The position numbers and the translations under genes are program-made. This document shows positions 12,451 through 25,764 of a DNA stretch of 64,000 bases, piece after piece; the stretch's first letter is position 1, and each line of letters starts with the position of its first letter. Origin of the DNA: Octopus vulgaris (Eukaryota); NCBI GenBank assembly GCA_951406725.2, contig OX597816.1, positions 62,124,001 to 62,188,000 of the forward strand. Reading direction: 5' to 3'. The notes under the pieces were generated by a model that was given only the letters and a program-made list of their open reading frames with translations, searched no databases and had not been told where the DNA came from.

Positions 12451-14701
12451 TTGGGAAAATTATCCTCTTTTGTACGTACAACGACTTTTCTTTCAAGCAT
12501 TAATCTAGTATAACTCATTTATAATGCTGACTTATAATTTATATATTTATATACTTTATTCATATTGCTATTTATATTTATATATCTACGTATTTTATTT
12601 ATTTTACTATTTATATTTACTTACATATATATTTATATTACTGTCTAAATAGTCAAGACATATACGTTACTACGTCTTCAAAAGCAGAGTATATATGGTT
12701 TTATAAATATTTATTACTTACTGAGTTACACACATCTTTATTTTAACTCTAGAATTTCTATTCACATGCTTTGTACATATATCCAGAAATGATGTATGTA
12801 TTCGTGATCTGATGAATACCTACTGGAATTATATTGCATAATTTAACTTTCTTTGCTGTCTAACAGTGTAAAATTTATATATTCTTTATACGCGCAGAAC
12901 AATTTTTGTTTCAGAGATGTAATGAATACACTACTATCTTCAAATTTTATCTACTTTATATCAAATTGCTTCTTCCATATATAATTTCGCATGAGTGCTT
13001 TGCAGCTAGTTCAGAATAGTAAATCCTAAAAATCATCATCAATTTTCCTAGAGCTTCATAAGTCTAGAAACATTATAATTTGTATTAAGTGTTTTTGGCG
13101 TGCTGCAAACTCTTTATGGTACTCACTGTCAATTACCACCGGTATTTGAAACATGGCTGCTAAATTTATATTTTATTATTAAGTTATTTACTTTTGTTTA
13201 TGTCTCAATGTTAATTATCTGTGTTTTCATTGTACCAGTACCCTCTAATAGGATTATTATGTCCATCATTAATAGTCTATGATTTTCAATTCGGTTTTGT
13301 TTTACTTTTATGTAATATACTGAACAGCATGCAGGGTATGTTCTTTGCTGTAGTTGCATGGTTAACTAGCGGGAGAAGGTCGCACTTGCAGGCCAACATG
13401 ATAGTTAATTTCGCTGATATTATCTACTGAAATTTTGTAATCCCTGCCAAAAAAGCTGCAACATATGCCAGCATCATTTGATCCCGAAAATTGGTCTATG
13501 TACTACTATAAAATTTCATGAGGCATCTATCACATACTCTTCCAAATGAATTTTAAAATGTCACGCTAAAATGCGAAGGAACATTGATTGAAAAGATAGA
13601 TCTAGAAGCCTAATTGAAAAATTGTTTCCCTATATACAAATATTAAACCGGACTGTAAAACAGCAAAAATCAAAACAGCATAAAGCAGAATACTGGAATA
13701 AATTGATCGAACGAACGACAAATATACGCGTCATCTTAGGATATAGAAACGAGAAACGGATATACTCTATAGTTAAAGATATCGATAAATCGGTAAGGAA
13801 TGAATATATAATGAAGAATATTTACTCAGCTCTTGATAATTTACGAACTTCTGTTTGAAGCCGAATTAGTAATATGAATATTCTAAGAAAACTCTACAAA
13901 GGAAAAATCGCTGAATTCGCAGTTGAAGATCAATTTCTGGATCTCACACAAAATATATTACCCACTGTCTAAATTACGGACAGAAATCTCAGTATGAACT
14001 TCTATTTACAACCGCAATATAACTAATACAGAGAAAAGTTTAAAACCAAACAACTTTGTCAATGACTAGGAAATTTCAAAGGTAGTAAATAGTAACATAC
14101 TGGATAATTGTCAGCTCCTCAACAACATATAGTTTACGTATATTAATATACAAATAACCAACACGAAATTAAAGTACACCAGCATACACTGAGAAAAGAA
14201 CAACTGGAAACAATTCACTTTATGTGAATTATATGACTAAAAATGTACAAATGTACAAATTGTACACCTATCAATAATTTTGTAGACTTACGAAATATAC
14301 AATGACTCCTTTTAAGTTCACAGATAGAAAACAACAAATATGTCAGGTTCATTTGCACCAATAATTCTATGAAGACAAGTATTGTTCACGCAGACACAAA
14401 ATGTCAGTGGCAATAAATGCGTATAATATACAGCAAATACTGGTCGACAACGTGTATTATAACCAGATACTAAAACCAATCCAAAGAAGAATACATGAAA
14501 AATGAAACGGAAGTTATATCAAAAATAACTTACATGTAAATTGCGTTATAAGAACTAAATATATATATTAATTATAGAAGCTATGAATTTTATGAGAAGT
14601 CCGGTAAAACAGAAACAGAAATACCTTTAGTTTAAACTATAAGATAACAGAGATGTACTTGCATAGCAAGTGACCTGATCTGAGATCGTGTGCTGGAACG
14701 A

Positions 14702-14960
14702 AAACAATTGCAGCGTGGAAGGTGTTTATAAGCCATTTAAGAAGCACACAAAAACCGTTAGATTCACTTCAGCATATAAATTTAATTTTGTCAAAATATT
14801 TTCGTCGCTTTGAGACCGCGGCCTGTTCACTGACAAAATTCTGTGCTGCATCTCGCAGTGAACAGGTTGCGGTCTCAAAGCGACGAAAATATTCGTGAAT
14901 CTAACGGTTTTTGTGTGTTTCTTAAATGGCTTATAAACACCTCCCACGCTGCAATTGTTT
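14702..14960. repeat. fold-back element: inverted arms ~14702-14832 and ~14856-14960
   Basis: aaacaattgcagcgtggaaggtgtttataagcc... versus ...ggcttataaacacctcccacgctgcaattgttt. The right arm has an internal deletion. Confidence 0.85.
14786..14838 (-). ncRNA. type I hammerhead ribozyme, G3-C8 core variant
   Basis: Minus strand: TTTTGTCA-GTGAACA-G-GCCGC GGTCTCAAA GCGAC-GAAA-ATATT-T-TGACAAAA. 8-bp stem I and palindromic stem III. Confidence 0.65.
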
Positions 14961-15861
14961 ATAAGATACCAGTAATTGTATAACGCAAACTGCATAATAA
15001 TTCAAACTAACTTCTCACAAACTTTTAAACTGGCGGGGAAGAAACATATGACCGACCTGATATATAAATTTTATTGTAAATGTGGGAGTTATTAACGTCA
15101 TGATTGCAAATGTTAGAGAGGTAGGATAATCTCTCAGCACGGAAAACACTTCCGGCAAAGAGCAATCAGCCTGCATTATACAAAACACACGCATATGCTC
15201 ACACAAGCACACAGACACAGACACACAGACACACACACGTTGACACACATTACAGATCTATATCTACCCTAATTGCACCAAATCCAGAACTACTTACCTC
15301 CCTTACACATAATATTTTTACTCAGAGACTAGTAGACCTGACACCGTTTAGTAATCGGTGTGCATTCAAAGCAATGATTAGAAATTTTACCAAACCGGTA
15401 TGCTTTTGAATCTCTTTAACAATTCAAAATAATGATTTTTATTTCTTCTATTCCTACCTCAGTTTATCTAATTGTACTTATCTATCGTTACTTTTCATAA
15501 AAATCCTTTACTTTTTGATTTCCAATGTGCATTTTCGCTTATCTTTCTTCTTGCTTTTCCCCTTAAATTTCCACGTGTAGTTTCTATTTTCTTTTTGTAA
15601 CATATTTCTATTATGTATATACATATAGAACCTGCGTTACTAAAACACATGCCACATACGCATTCACTAATTATGCACATAGCATATAGACACATATGTA
15701 CACGCGGATGCGTATACTCAAGCACATCTATATACATAAGGAAACATTTAGGTCTATCTGCATTCAGCTACCTCATATCTGTGTGTCAGTGACTTGTATG
15801 CCTGTGTTACAATGTGTGTAATGCATCTGCATATAAGTATGGAAAATGTACACACACACAG

Positions 15862-15916
<55 letters not shown>

Positions 15917-16073
15917 CACAACCCACATACACAGAAACACACGCACACACTCGTAAACACACGCCACTCACTCACAAACACTCCGTATAATTTTGTGTGG
16001 CTGGAATGTGTGTATGCGTATACATATATATGTATATTTATGTATATGCATATATATATATATATATACACAG

Positions 16074-16147
<74 letters not shown>

Positions 16148-16246
16148 GTATGTATCTCTGTGTATATATATATATGCATATATATCATATGTATATATAT
16201 ATATATATATGCATACATATATATATATATATACGTATATGATACG

Positions 16247-16296
<50 letters not shown>

Positions 16297-16919
16297 CACA
16301 CATACATATACATACATACGTATGTATATAAGTGTTTACGGTTGAACAGTCTTGTACTGTGTTCTAAGTGAAATGTTTTATGAACGGCAGTAAAGATAAT
16401 AAGATCACACAGATGAATTAGCACACTCAAGGGAGCTACTAAGTACTTTTGACGGTCGACCACTCTCTCCACTCGTACAACGCAACTAAATTCGGGCAAC
16501 AAATGTTCAAAATGATTGTATGTCACTGGAGAAGTTCCAAAAAGTTTCAATTGAAATAATACGTTGCTCGGAAATTTTCCATTGATCGGATTTAACGACA
16601 ATCTCTTAAATTCATGTGGATCATTTCATTGTAATCAGTTCTTCTAGAAGAATGTTCGAAACTATTCTCTTCTCTTTCCTTTCCGTCTGATTTTCTGTTG
16701 TTGTTGTTGTTGTTGTTGTTGCTGTTGTTGATAATGTTATAGTTTTTGTTTGTCTAATATATATATATATATATATATATACATAGATACATAGACTTGT
16801 TTATTTTGTCTCTTTATTTTATTTTCGTCAGTTTTTGTAACGATTTCATGTGTTACAAAGACTTTGTGAACATGAACAAAGATTTAATATAGTGCCGCAT
16901 GGTTATTAGAATAGTTACG

Positions 16920-17150
16920 AATTTGCTGCTACTGCTGTTGTTGTCGATGTTGTTGTTGTCGATATTGTTGTTGTTGTTGTTGTTGCTGTTGTTGCTGCTG
17001 CTGTTGTTGTTGTTGTTGTTGTTCTTTTTCTTCTTCTTCTTCTTCTTCTTCTTCTTCTTCTTCTTCTTCTTCTTCTTCTTCTTCTTCTTCTTCTTCTTCT
17101 TCTTCTTCTTCTGCTTCTTCGTCGTCGTCGTCGTTGACGTCTTCTTCTAT
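16920..17150. repeat. (GTT)n/(CTT)n trinucleotide tract
   Basis: Visible directly. Confidence 0.95.
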
Positions 17151-17421
17151 TTATTCACAGATTTCATAGGGTCCCTTTCGGCAAATTATAAGCTTTGATA
17201 ATTGGATGTTAACTTCTTGCGGAAGACTCTCGACACCCAATCTCTAAATCCTCGGTGACCCAAATAGAGCAATTGCTTGGGCAAGCTCTGCTCTCATGTC
17301 AATCCCAATTACTCCGGCATATTTCTCGCACCTGGTTGTTGGTGGTCCGAGTGCTCCTACAACTACTGGGATAACAGTTCCTCTCCCCATTACCCACATC
17401 CTTGCAATTTCGTCCTTTACC
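17150..17421 (-). pseudogene. 3' end of a second R4/Dong-like subfamily
   Basis: Minus strand reads VKDEIARMW...VIPVVVGALG, paralleling IEKMW...IPVIVGALG in the neighbouring ORF. Confidence 0.65.
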
Positions 17422-17470
<49 letters not shown>

Positions 17471-17494
17471 ATCATTATTATTATTATTATTACT

Positions 17495-18696
17495 TTTTTT
17501 TTTCTTCTTTCAAATTTTCTTCCATTTCTTGCCGAGTGTCTTCCCGACTCCTAGGGCAAAGAAACTCATAGTGTATATTGGTAGGCCATTAAACCAAACT
17601 CAGTAGTTCGTTAATTTTTTTTTTTTTTTTTTTTTTAAAGTTAAATTAAAATACATGAGCAGCAACAGTTCTCACATCGACAATACTCTTCTCAATACGT
17701 GTGATGTACCAGTTAAGACAATCTTTTGCACTTCTTGCAGAGATGGTAAGCCAGGGATCATTCTCATATAATTTTCGGTTCCCTTCTTGATCATTCCTAG
17801 TGCTCCTACGATCACTGGTATTGTAACCGCCTTGAGATGCCACATTTTCTCAATTTCAATGAGTAGGTCTTTATATTTTCTGAGCTTGTCAAACTCTTTC
17901 GCTGAGATATTATGATCACAGGGGATGCTCATGTCGATCAATAAGCAAACTTTATTGTTTTGGTCTTTCACAACAATATCTGGTTTATTGGCCTTGATGG
18001 TTCGGTCTGTATGTACTGGAAACTCCCACAGAATGGTTACATTTTCTCCTTCAGTTACAGCCTCAGGGTGGTGATTATACCACTTGTCGGCAGTTTTGAT
18101 ATTGTAATGCCGACTTATTAGCCAGTGGAGATATTGGCCAACTCTGTCATGTCTTAATTTATACTCCACTGGTGCTAAGACTTTACATCCAGAGATTAGG
18201 TGGTCCACTGTTTCAATCATGTCGTTGCAGAATCGGCATTTTGGGTCTGCTCCATTTTTCATCACATTGGCCTGGTAGTTCCGGGTTAATAGGCTTTGGT
18301 CTTGAGCAGCCAGGATGAAACCTTCGCTCTCTGCTTTTAGCCCTGAGCTCCGCAGCCACTGATGGGTTTGCTTCTGGTCAACATCAGCTTGTTTGCTGCG
18401 GGTCACATATTTGCCGTGCAGAGGTTTCTCCTCCCACCTATCAGCCAATTGCTCGTGCGCTTTTTTCATTGCCATCATTTTCACCTTCTTTGCAACAATA
18501 GTTGCCGTACTTCCCTCGGGTTGTTCAGTTTAGGTATCCTGCACGAGATCAATAGCAAATCTTTTGCTTTCCTTGATGATAGAATGAAGCTTCTTTCGTC
18601 TCTCGTGATTTTCCACGAGCTTTAGCATCCAGTCATTCGATATTTCAAGATATTTGGCCAGTCCAATTGTGGTTGTTTTGTAAGCTAGTTCAAATT
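17495..18696 (-). mobile_element. 5'-truncated R4/Dong-like non-LTR retrotransposon between (TTA)n tracts
   Basis: Carries the endonuclease ORF plus a 3' UTR. (TTA)n at 17422-17490 and 18697-18767. Confidence 0.85.
17672..18484 (-). CDS. CCHC zinc knuckle plus restriction-like (PD-D/ExK) endonuclease of an R4/Dong-type element, partial
   Basis: CRFC...ETVDHLISGC, RHD, KPDIVV, LIDMSIP, K..KY motifs. 270 aa open. Confidence 0.88.
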   Translation of the reverse strand: MKMMAMKKAHEQLADRWEEKPLHGKYVTRSKQADVDQKQTHQWLRSSGLKAESEGFILAAQDQSLLTRNYQANVMKNGADPKCRFCNDMIETVDHLISGCKVLAPVEYKLRHDRVGQYLHWLISRHYNIKTADKWYNHHPEAVTEGENVTILWEFPVHTDRTIKANKPDIVVKDQNNKVCLLIDMSIPCDHNISAKEFDKLRKYKDLLIEIEKMWHLKAVTIPVIVGALGMIKKGTENYMRMIPGLPSLQEVQKIVLTGTSHVLRRVLSM

Positions 18697-18715
18697 TTAT
18701 TATTATTATAAGCTA

Positions 18716-18767
<52 letters not shown>

Positions 18768-18768
<1 letters not shown>

Positions 18769-19230
18769 TGATGAAAGAGAGAGGAGTGCATGCCATCAAA
18801 GTGACACAGGGGTAAAATATATGAAGCCCGGCATACCCGTCATGACTTTCCGTCTGATAAAGAACATGCATTACAACCATATGTGCACGACATGGTGATC
18901 TCATATCAAGACAAACAGCACATGAACTTCCAGGTGGCGCCCAGTTAGAATTTTCTTCAGTTTGTGTAGCCCCTCCCGCTCAAAAGGTCCCTGAATAAGG
19001 GTCATTTAAGGTTGTTGAGCGAAACACCCATGTCTGCAGAGATGAATCATCCAAACACCGAAGAATTGCTCTCAACACATGGCTATGATGCTTGCTCATA
19101 ACTTCTGCTCGTGATCAGAGATGTACATATCGTCAGCCACCAAGCGACAACAGGTTAAGGTTGACAAGCAAATCTGTGGTATTAAGCAAAATATTTGCTG
19201 TAGCCCATCTTTTATACCAAGACAAAACAT
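18768..19230 (-). mobile_element. unclassified interspersed repeat with a (TAA)n tail
   Basis: Non-coding ~460 bp block between trinucleotide tracts, ending on the minus strand in (TAA)n. Single copy in this window. Confidence 0.4.
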
Positions 19231-19728
19231 GAGAGCCACTGCCTTGTACATTTAGTATCATTATTGTCATTGTTATTATTATTATTATTATTGTTGCTGT
19301 TGTTGTTGTTGCTGCTGCTGCTGCTGCTGTTGTTGTTGTTGCTGTTAATATTATTAATATTATCCTGTAGAAACAGATCTATGATGAAAAGCATTCAATC
19401 CATGACCATCTGAAAGTATTTTCTTTTATTTTTATAAGATGTATGGATGCATTTTAAGACAGGCATGGCTTTTGCTTCTAGCAACATGTCTGGCACCCTC
19501 CTAATTCTTGACTCCTTGATAATTGCGAATGAACCTCTGATAAGAACCTAATATTTTGAAATGAATAACTCACGTATATTTCAGGGTAATATTCGAATAC
19601 TTATAAGCGTGGTACAATAGTAGCAAGTCGCAGTCAATTGAAACATTCCACAACATGATGTTTAATTGAGGAATCCTGCATAAATCGCTTAATGATGAAT
19701 TCGGCATTAATCATTAATTTAAAGTAAA

Positions 19729-19900
19729 ATATTGGGTTGTCCGGAAAGTTCGTGCCGATTTATAGTAGCTTACCTTTCGACTTATTTTAGAACTTGGTTA
19801 AGACCATAAAATAGGATTTGACCACAGCTCCATTTAGAGAAAAGTTTGAGCTATCTTTTCTTGGAAGAAGGTTTATGTTCCTATAACATGTGTTGATCGG
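19729..19900. mobile_element. mariner-like terminal remnant
   Basis: TA-TTGGGTTGTCCGGAAAGTTCGTGCCGATTT resembles mariner TIRs. No partner TIR seen. Confidence 0.4.
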
Positions 19901-21619
19901 TGCCCAAATATTTCACGTATAGGAGTTTCGTCAAGTATCTCTTTTCCTCTATCAGATAAATCACACTGCAAGTTTTCTCTGCCCGATGGTTATATCAAAG
20001 AAGATAGAATGAATGACAATGCTGACAAGAGTGTTAACAGGCTTTTCCCCTCACCCTTCTATCACCAACTGTGTATAACATCATTCTTCTAATATAAAAT
20101 ATGGGGTTAATTTTTATAATTCTCTTTTTTATACGCAACAAGCACGTATGGAACATACTGTCAAAGAAATGAGATGTCTACTTCCTCTTTTCCCACTATA
20201 GATCGTAATTGATCTGTTCACCTATATGAGCTGTCATTTCTGCCTCTTCTGAAAACGAGGTGGTTTTTCTTTCTCAATATATATCAATCATTTGTGAGAT
20301 TATTGTTGCTAAGTATTTTAAGAGAAAGGCATTCACGTGAGAGGTCCTGGTACTTTTTTCTGTAAATATAATTTAACATCAAATTTCTGTGTTTCCAATT
20401 GTCGCTTGTTTAAAACTGTGTCTCTTTCCTTCCAATTCAAATAGCAAATATCTCTACATTTATAAACTACATCTATAAATCTATTGTGTCCAATAAAAAC
20501 AATTCTTTCATGAAATAATATTAGAAGGTTAGTACGTAAATGAAGGAATAAGCTACTTAAATTCAATCGAAGTCCTTGAAAATTTAACATTTCACATTCC
20601 AAACTTTTTCTTCGTTGTCACGTTTCTTTATGATTTAGTCCGCTTTACTTTCAGTACCCATAAATGAATGTATCCCCTCATGCAGGTCGAGATTAATTCC
20701 GCTTATACTCAACTTCAATATTTGTTCGAACCGATGTCAGTAGGAAAAATATTGCGGGACGAGAATACTTGAACATTAGTTCTAACAAGTAAATATCAGG
20801 ATCAATAGATGGTACAGCACTTAGGCTCTGCGACTCGGTAAGTTGAGAAGATGAGGAGAGACGCATGTGTCTAGAAGGATATACTGCGTTTGCGGTATAC
20901 ACCTACCTATTGCAAAAGCGCGTAGGTCGTTGTTTTGAAGAGAGAATTCGCAGAGAAATAAAACAACACGTCTACGAATAAGTGATAATCGGTGAAATGA
21001 CTTATTTTGGATGAAGCCCGAGATGTTTATCTGCGCTGTTTCTTTGATCAATTCATCACTCTATAGTTTGGGGTGCGATCCAAATATTTTTTTCACGTCT
21101 AGACTGAATATGTCTGTATATTACGTATCTAGAACCACGGAAATTTAAGCTCACGAAACACGTCTTTAAGCACAAGATAAATAACGAGTAAGTTAATGAC
21201 GGTCCATCATTTCTGCCAAATGTCAAATCAACTCATCAATCATGCAACCTAAATATTTGAAACCGTATAGCCGAGGGAAAGTAACTGAGAGAAGTGTTTT
21301 TTGCGTGTTAAATATACATATGATAGGGTCTCACATGTGTAACGTTTTAAAAGATGTATTTATTTTTTTTAAAATGAGTTTTGTCGACAACTTACTAGAG
21401 TAAAACTAAGCATAGCTTTTAAATAAACTTTATTTATAAAATACTAGGAGTTATTTTGCCTTAATTGCTGGACTGTTTGTAAATCGTCTGAATTGGTAAC
21501 AAATGGAGAGGGAGAGAGGAGACTGAGAGGGAGAGAGAGAGACAGTTGATGTTAACTGGTTAATCTATTTTAAATACTAGGAGTTTACTTGAGTAACAAA
21601 CAGCATCAGACTCTATATA

Positions 21620-21853
21620 TATTTCTTTACTACCCACAAGTGGCTAAACACAGAGGGGACAAACAAAGACAAACAAACGGATTAAGTCGATTATTACGAC
21701 CCCAGTGCGTAACTGGTACTTAATTTATCGACCCCGAAAGGATGAAAAGCAAAGTCGACCTCGGCGGAATTTGAACGCAGAACGTAGCGGCAGACGAAAT
21801 ACGGCTACGCATTTCGCCTGGCGTGCTAACGTTTCTGCCAGCTCACCGCCTAA
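21620..21853 (-). mobile_element. SINE family A, full length, with a 16-bp target-site duplication
   Basis: catcagactctatata at 21604-21619 and 21854-21869. Confidence 0.9.
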
Positions 21854-22910
21854 CATCAGACTCTATATAACAAACTTCGAACCAACAGGGAGGCTCTTTA
21901 CGAAGTAGCTCGATCTGCTAGAAATGGCAGTCATATGTCTCCATATTTAGAGCGTAACATAGAAAAATTAACGTAGACGGTTAATTTTGTAATATATACT
22001 CTTAAAGGACGGGGTGAATATAGTTGGATTGTCTTTCATGTGATCGATTAGCGTTGTCCTAGGTCTTAGTAACAAAAACAACAACAAGAACAACAAAAAC
22101 GATATCAGCAACGTACATACGATTTTATACGAATGAAAACTTTAAAAGTTAATCTAAATTGGAAAGTTTTCATTAGAACATTTAATCGTTCTGGCTACGT
22201 TCCTTCACTTGTGTTACAGCATCAATAAAGAAACTTCACCTCCGTTCAGAGATGACGACTGCTTGATAAAATTCAACGGTTACTTAATATAAATTCCACC
22301 TGTCTGTTGCTAAAAGAAAGACGATTAATTTATAAACTAATTTTATAATCTATAAAACGTTTTCGATCTAATTTGATAACTGAAGAAATTGGATTGAGAA
22401 TTCTTGTTATTAGCCCAAAATTTTCGACCGAAAATAGCTTCATATGCGGTGTAAACATCAAACATATTTAGTTACTTAGGAGTTTAAATCGAGTTGGCAG
22501 CTGACAGAGGGCAAAAGCCTCTAAATCCATGATACAGAACTACTTTAAAAGAATTATCGTGCCAAAGGGTTTCTAAATATATGATGCGTTTTGTCAAGTT
22601 GATTTTTCTTGTTGTTCTTCTTGAATTTTTTGTTTATAGCACTGAGTAATTTGTTTTACAAAGAAATCCTTATTTTTTATTTATATATATATATATATAT
22701 ATTGTTTCAATTGAAGAAAAATTTGACATAAATCATTTATTGTAATTACCTCAATTTTTAGAAATCTGTTAGGAATTAAGTAAAATGTTTATGTTACAAT
22801 AAGTTGTCAGGTAATTTTAGTTTGATTTTTTCTTTCTTTTTGTTTTAGTTCTTCCCAGAGATGCTACAACAATAAGATTAAAACGTTTGCTAAATAAACA
22901 TATACATACA

Positions 22911-22941
<31 letters not shown>

Positions 22942-23032
22942 GTATGTCCGTGTGTGTATGTATTTCTGTATATTTGTATATATATATATATACACACATA
23001 TATATATATGTGTGTATGTATGTATATATATA

Positions 23033-23086
<54 letters not shown>

Positions 23087-23182
23087 CATATATATATGTA
23101 TGTGTGTATATATGTATATATTTATATATATATGAATATATATACATATTTATATATATATGTATGTGTATATATATATATT

Positions 23183-23214
<32 letters not shown>

Positions 23215-24151
23215 AATATATGTACATATTTATATATATATGTGTGTGTGTATGTATGTATATGTGTGTGTGTGTGTTTGTGTTTGTGTGTGTACGTTTC
23301 CACATTATATATATATATACATTTATGCATGCATACATATATATTAATGTATGTATATGCCTATGAAAATCTTACTGATATGTACGTGTGTGAAAATAAC
23401 AAGCAACGCCATTTTTTTTTTAAAAAGAAACACGTGTTAAATGTGTCTTAATGTATGTTAAGCGTCAGTATGTCAGTAAAAGTGACAGTGTATGTAACAA
23501 TAGCCATGCACTACAATAATCTCAAGTAGTGGTTCTGAACTAATTTTGTGCAAAAACATTTTTTTTTTCCATTTTCTAATATCAGCAAAACTTCTACGAA
23601 TGAAATAAGCGTTTTTCTCCTCTGGCTTAATCTGTTTTAGCCTTCCATTTAAAACAAGTCGCTAGGGGTTCAACTTAAGTTCAAATAAAGCCACACATGT
23701 ACGTTAAGGGCCACTTTATGAAACTTTGGTCTAAAAGTAAAACCCGTGAGATTGTTTTATCTATCATAAACTGAAAACCACTACAAGTCTAATAGACTGG
23801 GTAATAGATAACTGATTAACCCCTCTATCAACAATTCTTAAGGCACACATTAGATTACGTAAGGCCCACATAATTATAATGTGAACACAAACTAAAAGCC
23901 TCGTAATAAACCCACCACCTAAAACATAATGTCTTAGACAAACATGTCGTACGTACGTTCAAGCATCCCAGAAAATTTCCGTTCCAATTATTTCCGTCAC
24001 TTCCGCATACATGAGAAATTCAACGCACGGAGTATTTCAATTCTCCCTCGATAAAAGGGTCGGAATTGAAAGCATCGAGCAATATCATAACAGTAACTTC
24101 TTTTATACAGTTCTATATTTAAGAGATGAGGAATTATTTGCATTATTTACA

Positions 24152-24295
24152 TTATTTACATTCGACGGATATTTGTCCTCATCTTGCTTTGTTGTTAACA
24201 CAACGTTTCGGCTGATGTACGCTCCAGCCTTCTTCAAGTGTCTTGGGGAAAATTTCTCGTTCCTAAGTTATTTTTCGATGTTATTATTATTGTCC

Positions 24296-24347
<52 letters not shown>

Positions 24348-24460
24348 TCGAAAAATACCCTAGGGATGAGAACCCAAGAAGAAGGCTGGAGGGTATATCA
24401 GCCGAAACGTTGTGTTAACAACAAACAAGATGAGGACCAATATCCGTTGAATGTAAATAA
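24152..24460. repeat. fold-back element centred on (TTA)/(AAT)n with an HHR-like motif in each arm
   Basis: Arms are mutually complementary. Minus 24197-24242: GACAC-TTGAAGA-A-GGCTG..CAGCC-GAAACGTT-GTGTT. Plus copy at ~24372-24416. Confidence 0.75.
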
Positions 24461-25099
24461 TGAACTTCTTTTACGCACGCACACACGCACACACACACAC
24501 ACACACACACACGTGTGTGTGTGTATGTCTAAACATAGAGAGATGAAAACATAGAGTGATAAGTAAATAGATAGAGAGTTAGATACACACATACCTATAT
24601 ACATACATACACACGATTTTACGTCTTCAAACTCACTAGTCATTGGTGGGCGCTGGTATATCGTAGAAGACATAACGGTCTAAGGAGCTGCGCAGCAAAG
24701 CAAATGTTATAATTGATGGCTGTTTCATTAGTACGAATTGCTTGATTTGGCCGCCATTCCTAACTGGTTGTGCTACCACTTTGACTCCTCGTTCGATTAC
24801 TTCCCTCATAGATATCATACTTGTATAGGGATGTGTTCCATTATTCTGGTTTACGTGCAACACTAAGACAAATTCAGTGATACCTCCTCTCCATATTGGT
24901 ACCATTATTCACTCCACAGCACACCCAATTTGGCTATTAGTATCATTCTAAATACTCCAGTTTCCTTAAACCAGGAAGTAAATTGCATAGATATCACATG
25001 CTCTCACGAGTTCTATCGCAACTGTGAAATAATTGAAGTTTCAGAACTTTTATTGCACTTTCATTTTTTGAATCAGCAGCATACTTCGTAATTATTTTT

Positions 25100-25435
25100 T
25101 GTGACCCCGTTCGGTAGACACTGACCATGGACTTGCACCTAGAGAGTTACCCTCTGAGGCACAAGTCTGGGCAAGGTTGTTTTATGGAAGACCAGCAGTC
25201 GCCCATGCATACCGGCCTCCCCTCTTCACATCCACCAGTGTTATCTAAGGGAAAGGCAAAAGCTTATACAGCTTGGCACCTTTGACGTCGCAACTCATTT
25301 CCTACAGCTGAGTTAACTGCAGCAACGTGAAATAAAGTGTCTTGCTCAAGAACATAACACGGAGCCCGGTCCGGGATTCGAGCTCACAACCTCACGATCG
25401 TAAGCTCGACGCTCTAACCACTGAGCCACGCGCCT
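25100..25435 (-). mobile_element. SINE family C, full length with a tRNA-like head
   Basis: Minus strand GGCGCGTGGCTCAGTGGTTAGAGC (A box)...GAGCTCGAATCCC (B box), then a body shared with 8028-8325. Confidence 0.85.
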
Positions 25436-25764
25436 TACTATTTTTATTGCATAATTATTTGTTACTGATTATTTGTCGTGCTATCTATTTACTAGGAAAG
25501 AGAAAATGCAATAGAACCAAATAAAATATAGTCAATTGTTTAGTGTCTTTCTGCTGCCTAATTTATGCATCAAATAAAAATTGTACTGTGTTAGAATTAT
25601 GGTAGGCATAAAAAAACACACAAACAGTATTATATTCATTTTTACTTAATTATAATTTTTAAATAAGAGTCAGAATAATATTATTAGGTGTCAAAATTTT
25701 TCGTCGTACATTTAACGACTACATACTCACCGGTATAACTGGCGTTATTTCATTGAATCAAAGT

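Noticed and set aside
25345-25435. tRNA gene candidates here and at 44275-44345
   Set aside because: A/B boxes run directly into SINE bodies and there is no clean acceptor stem, so these are SINE heads.
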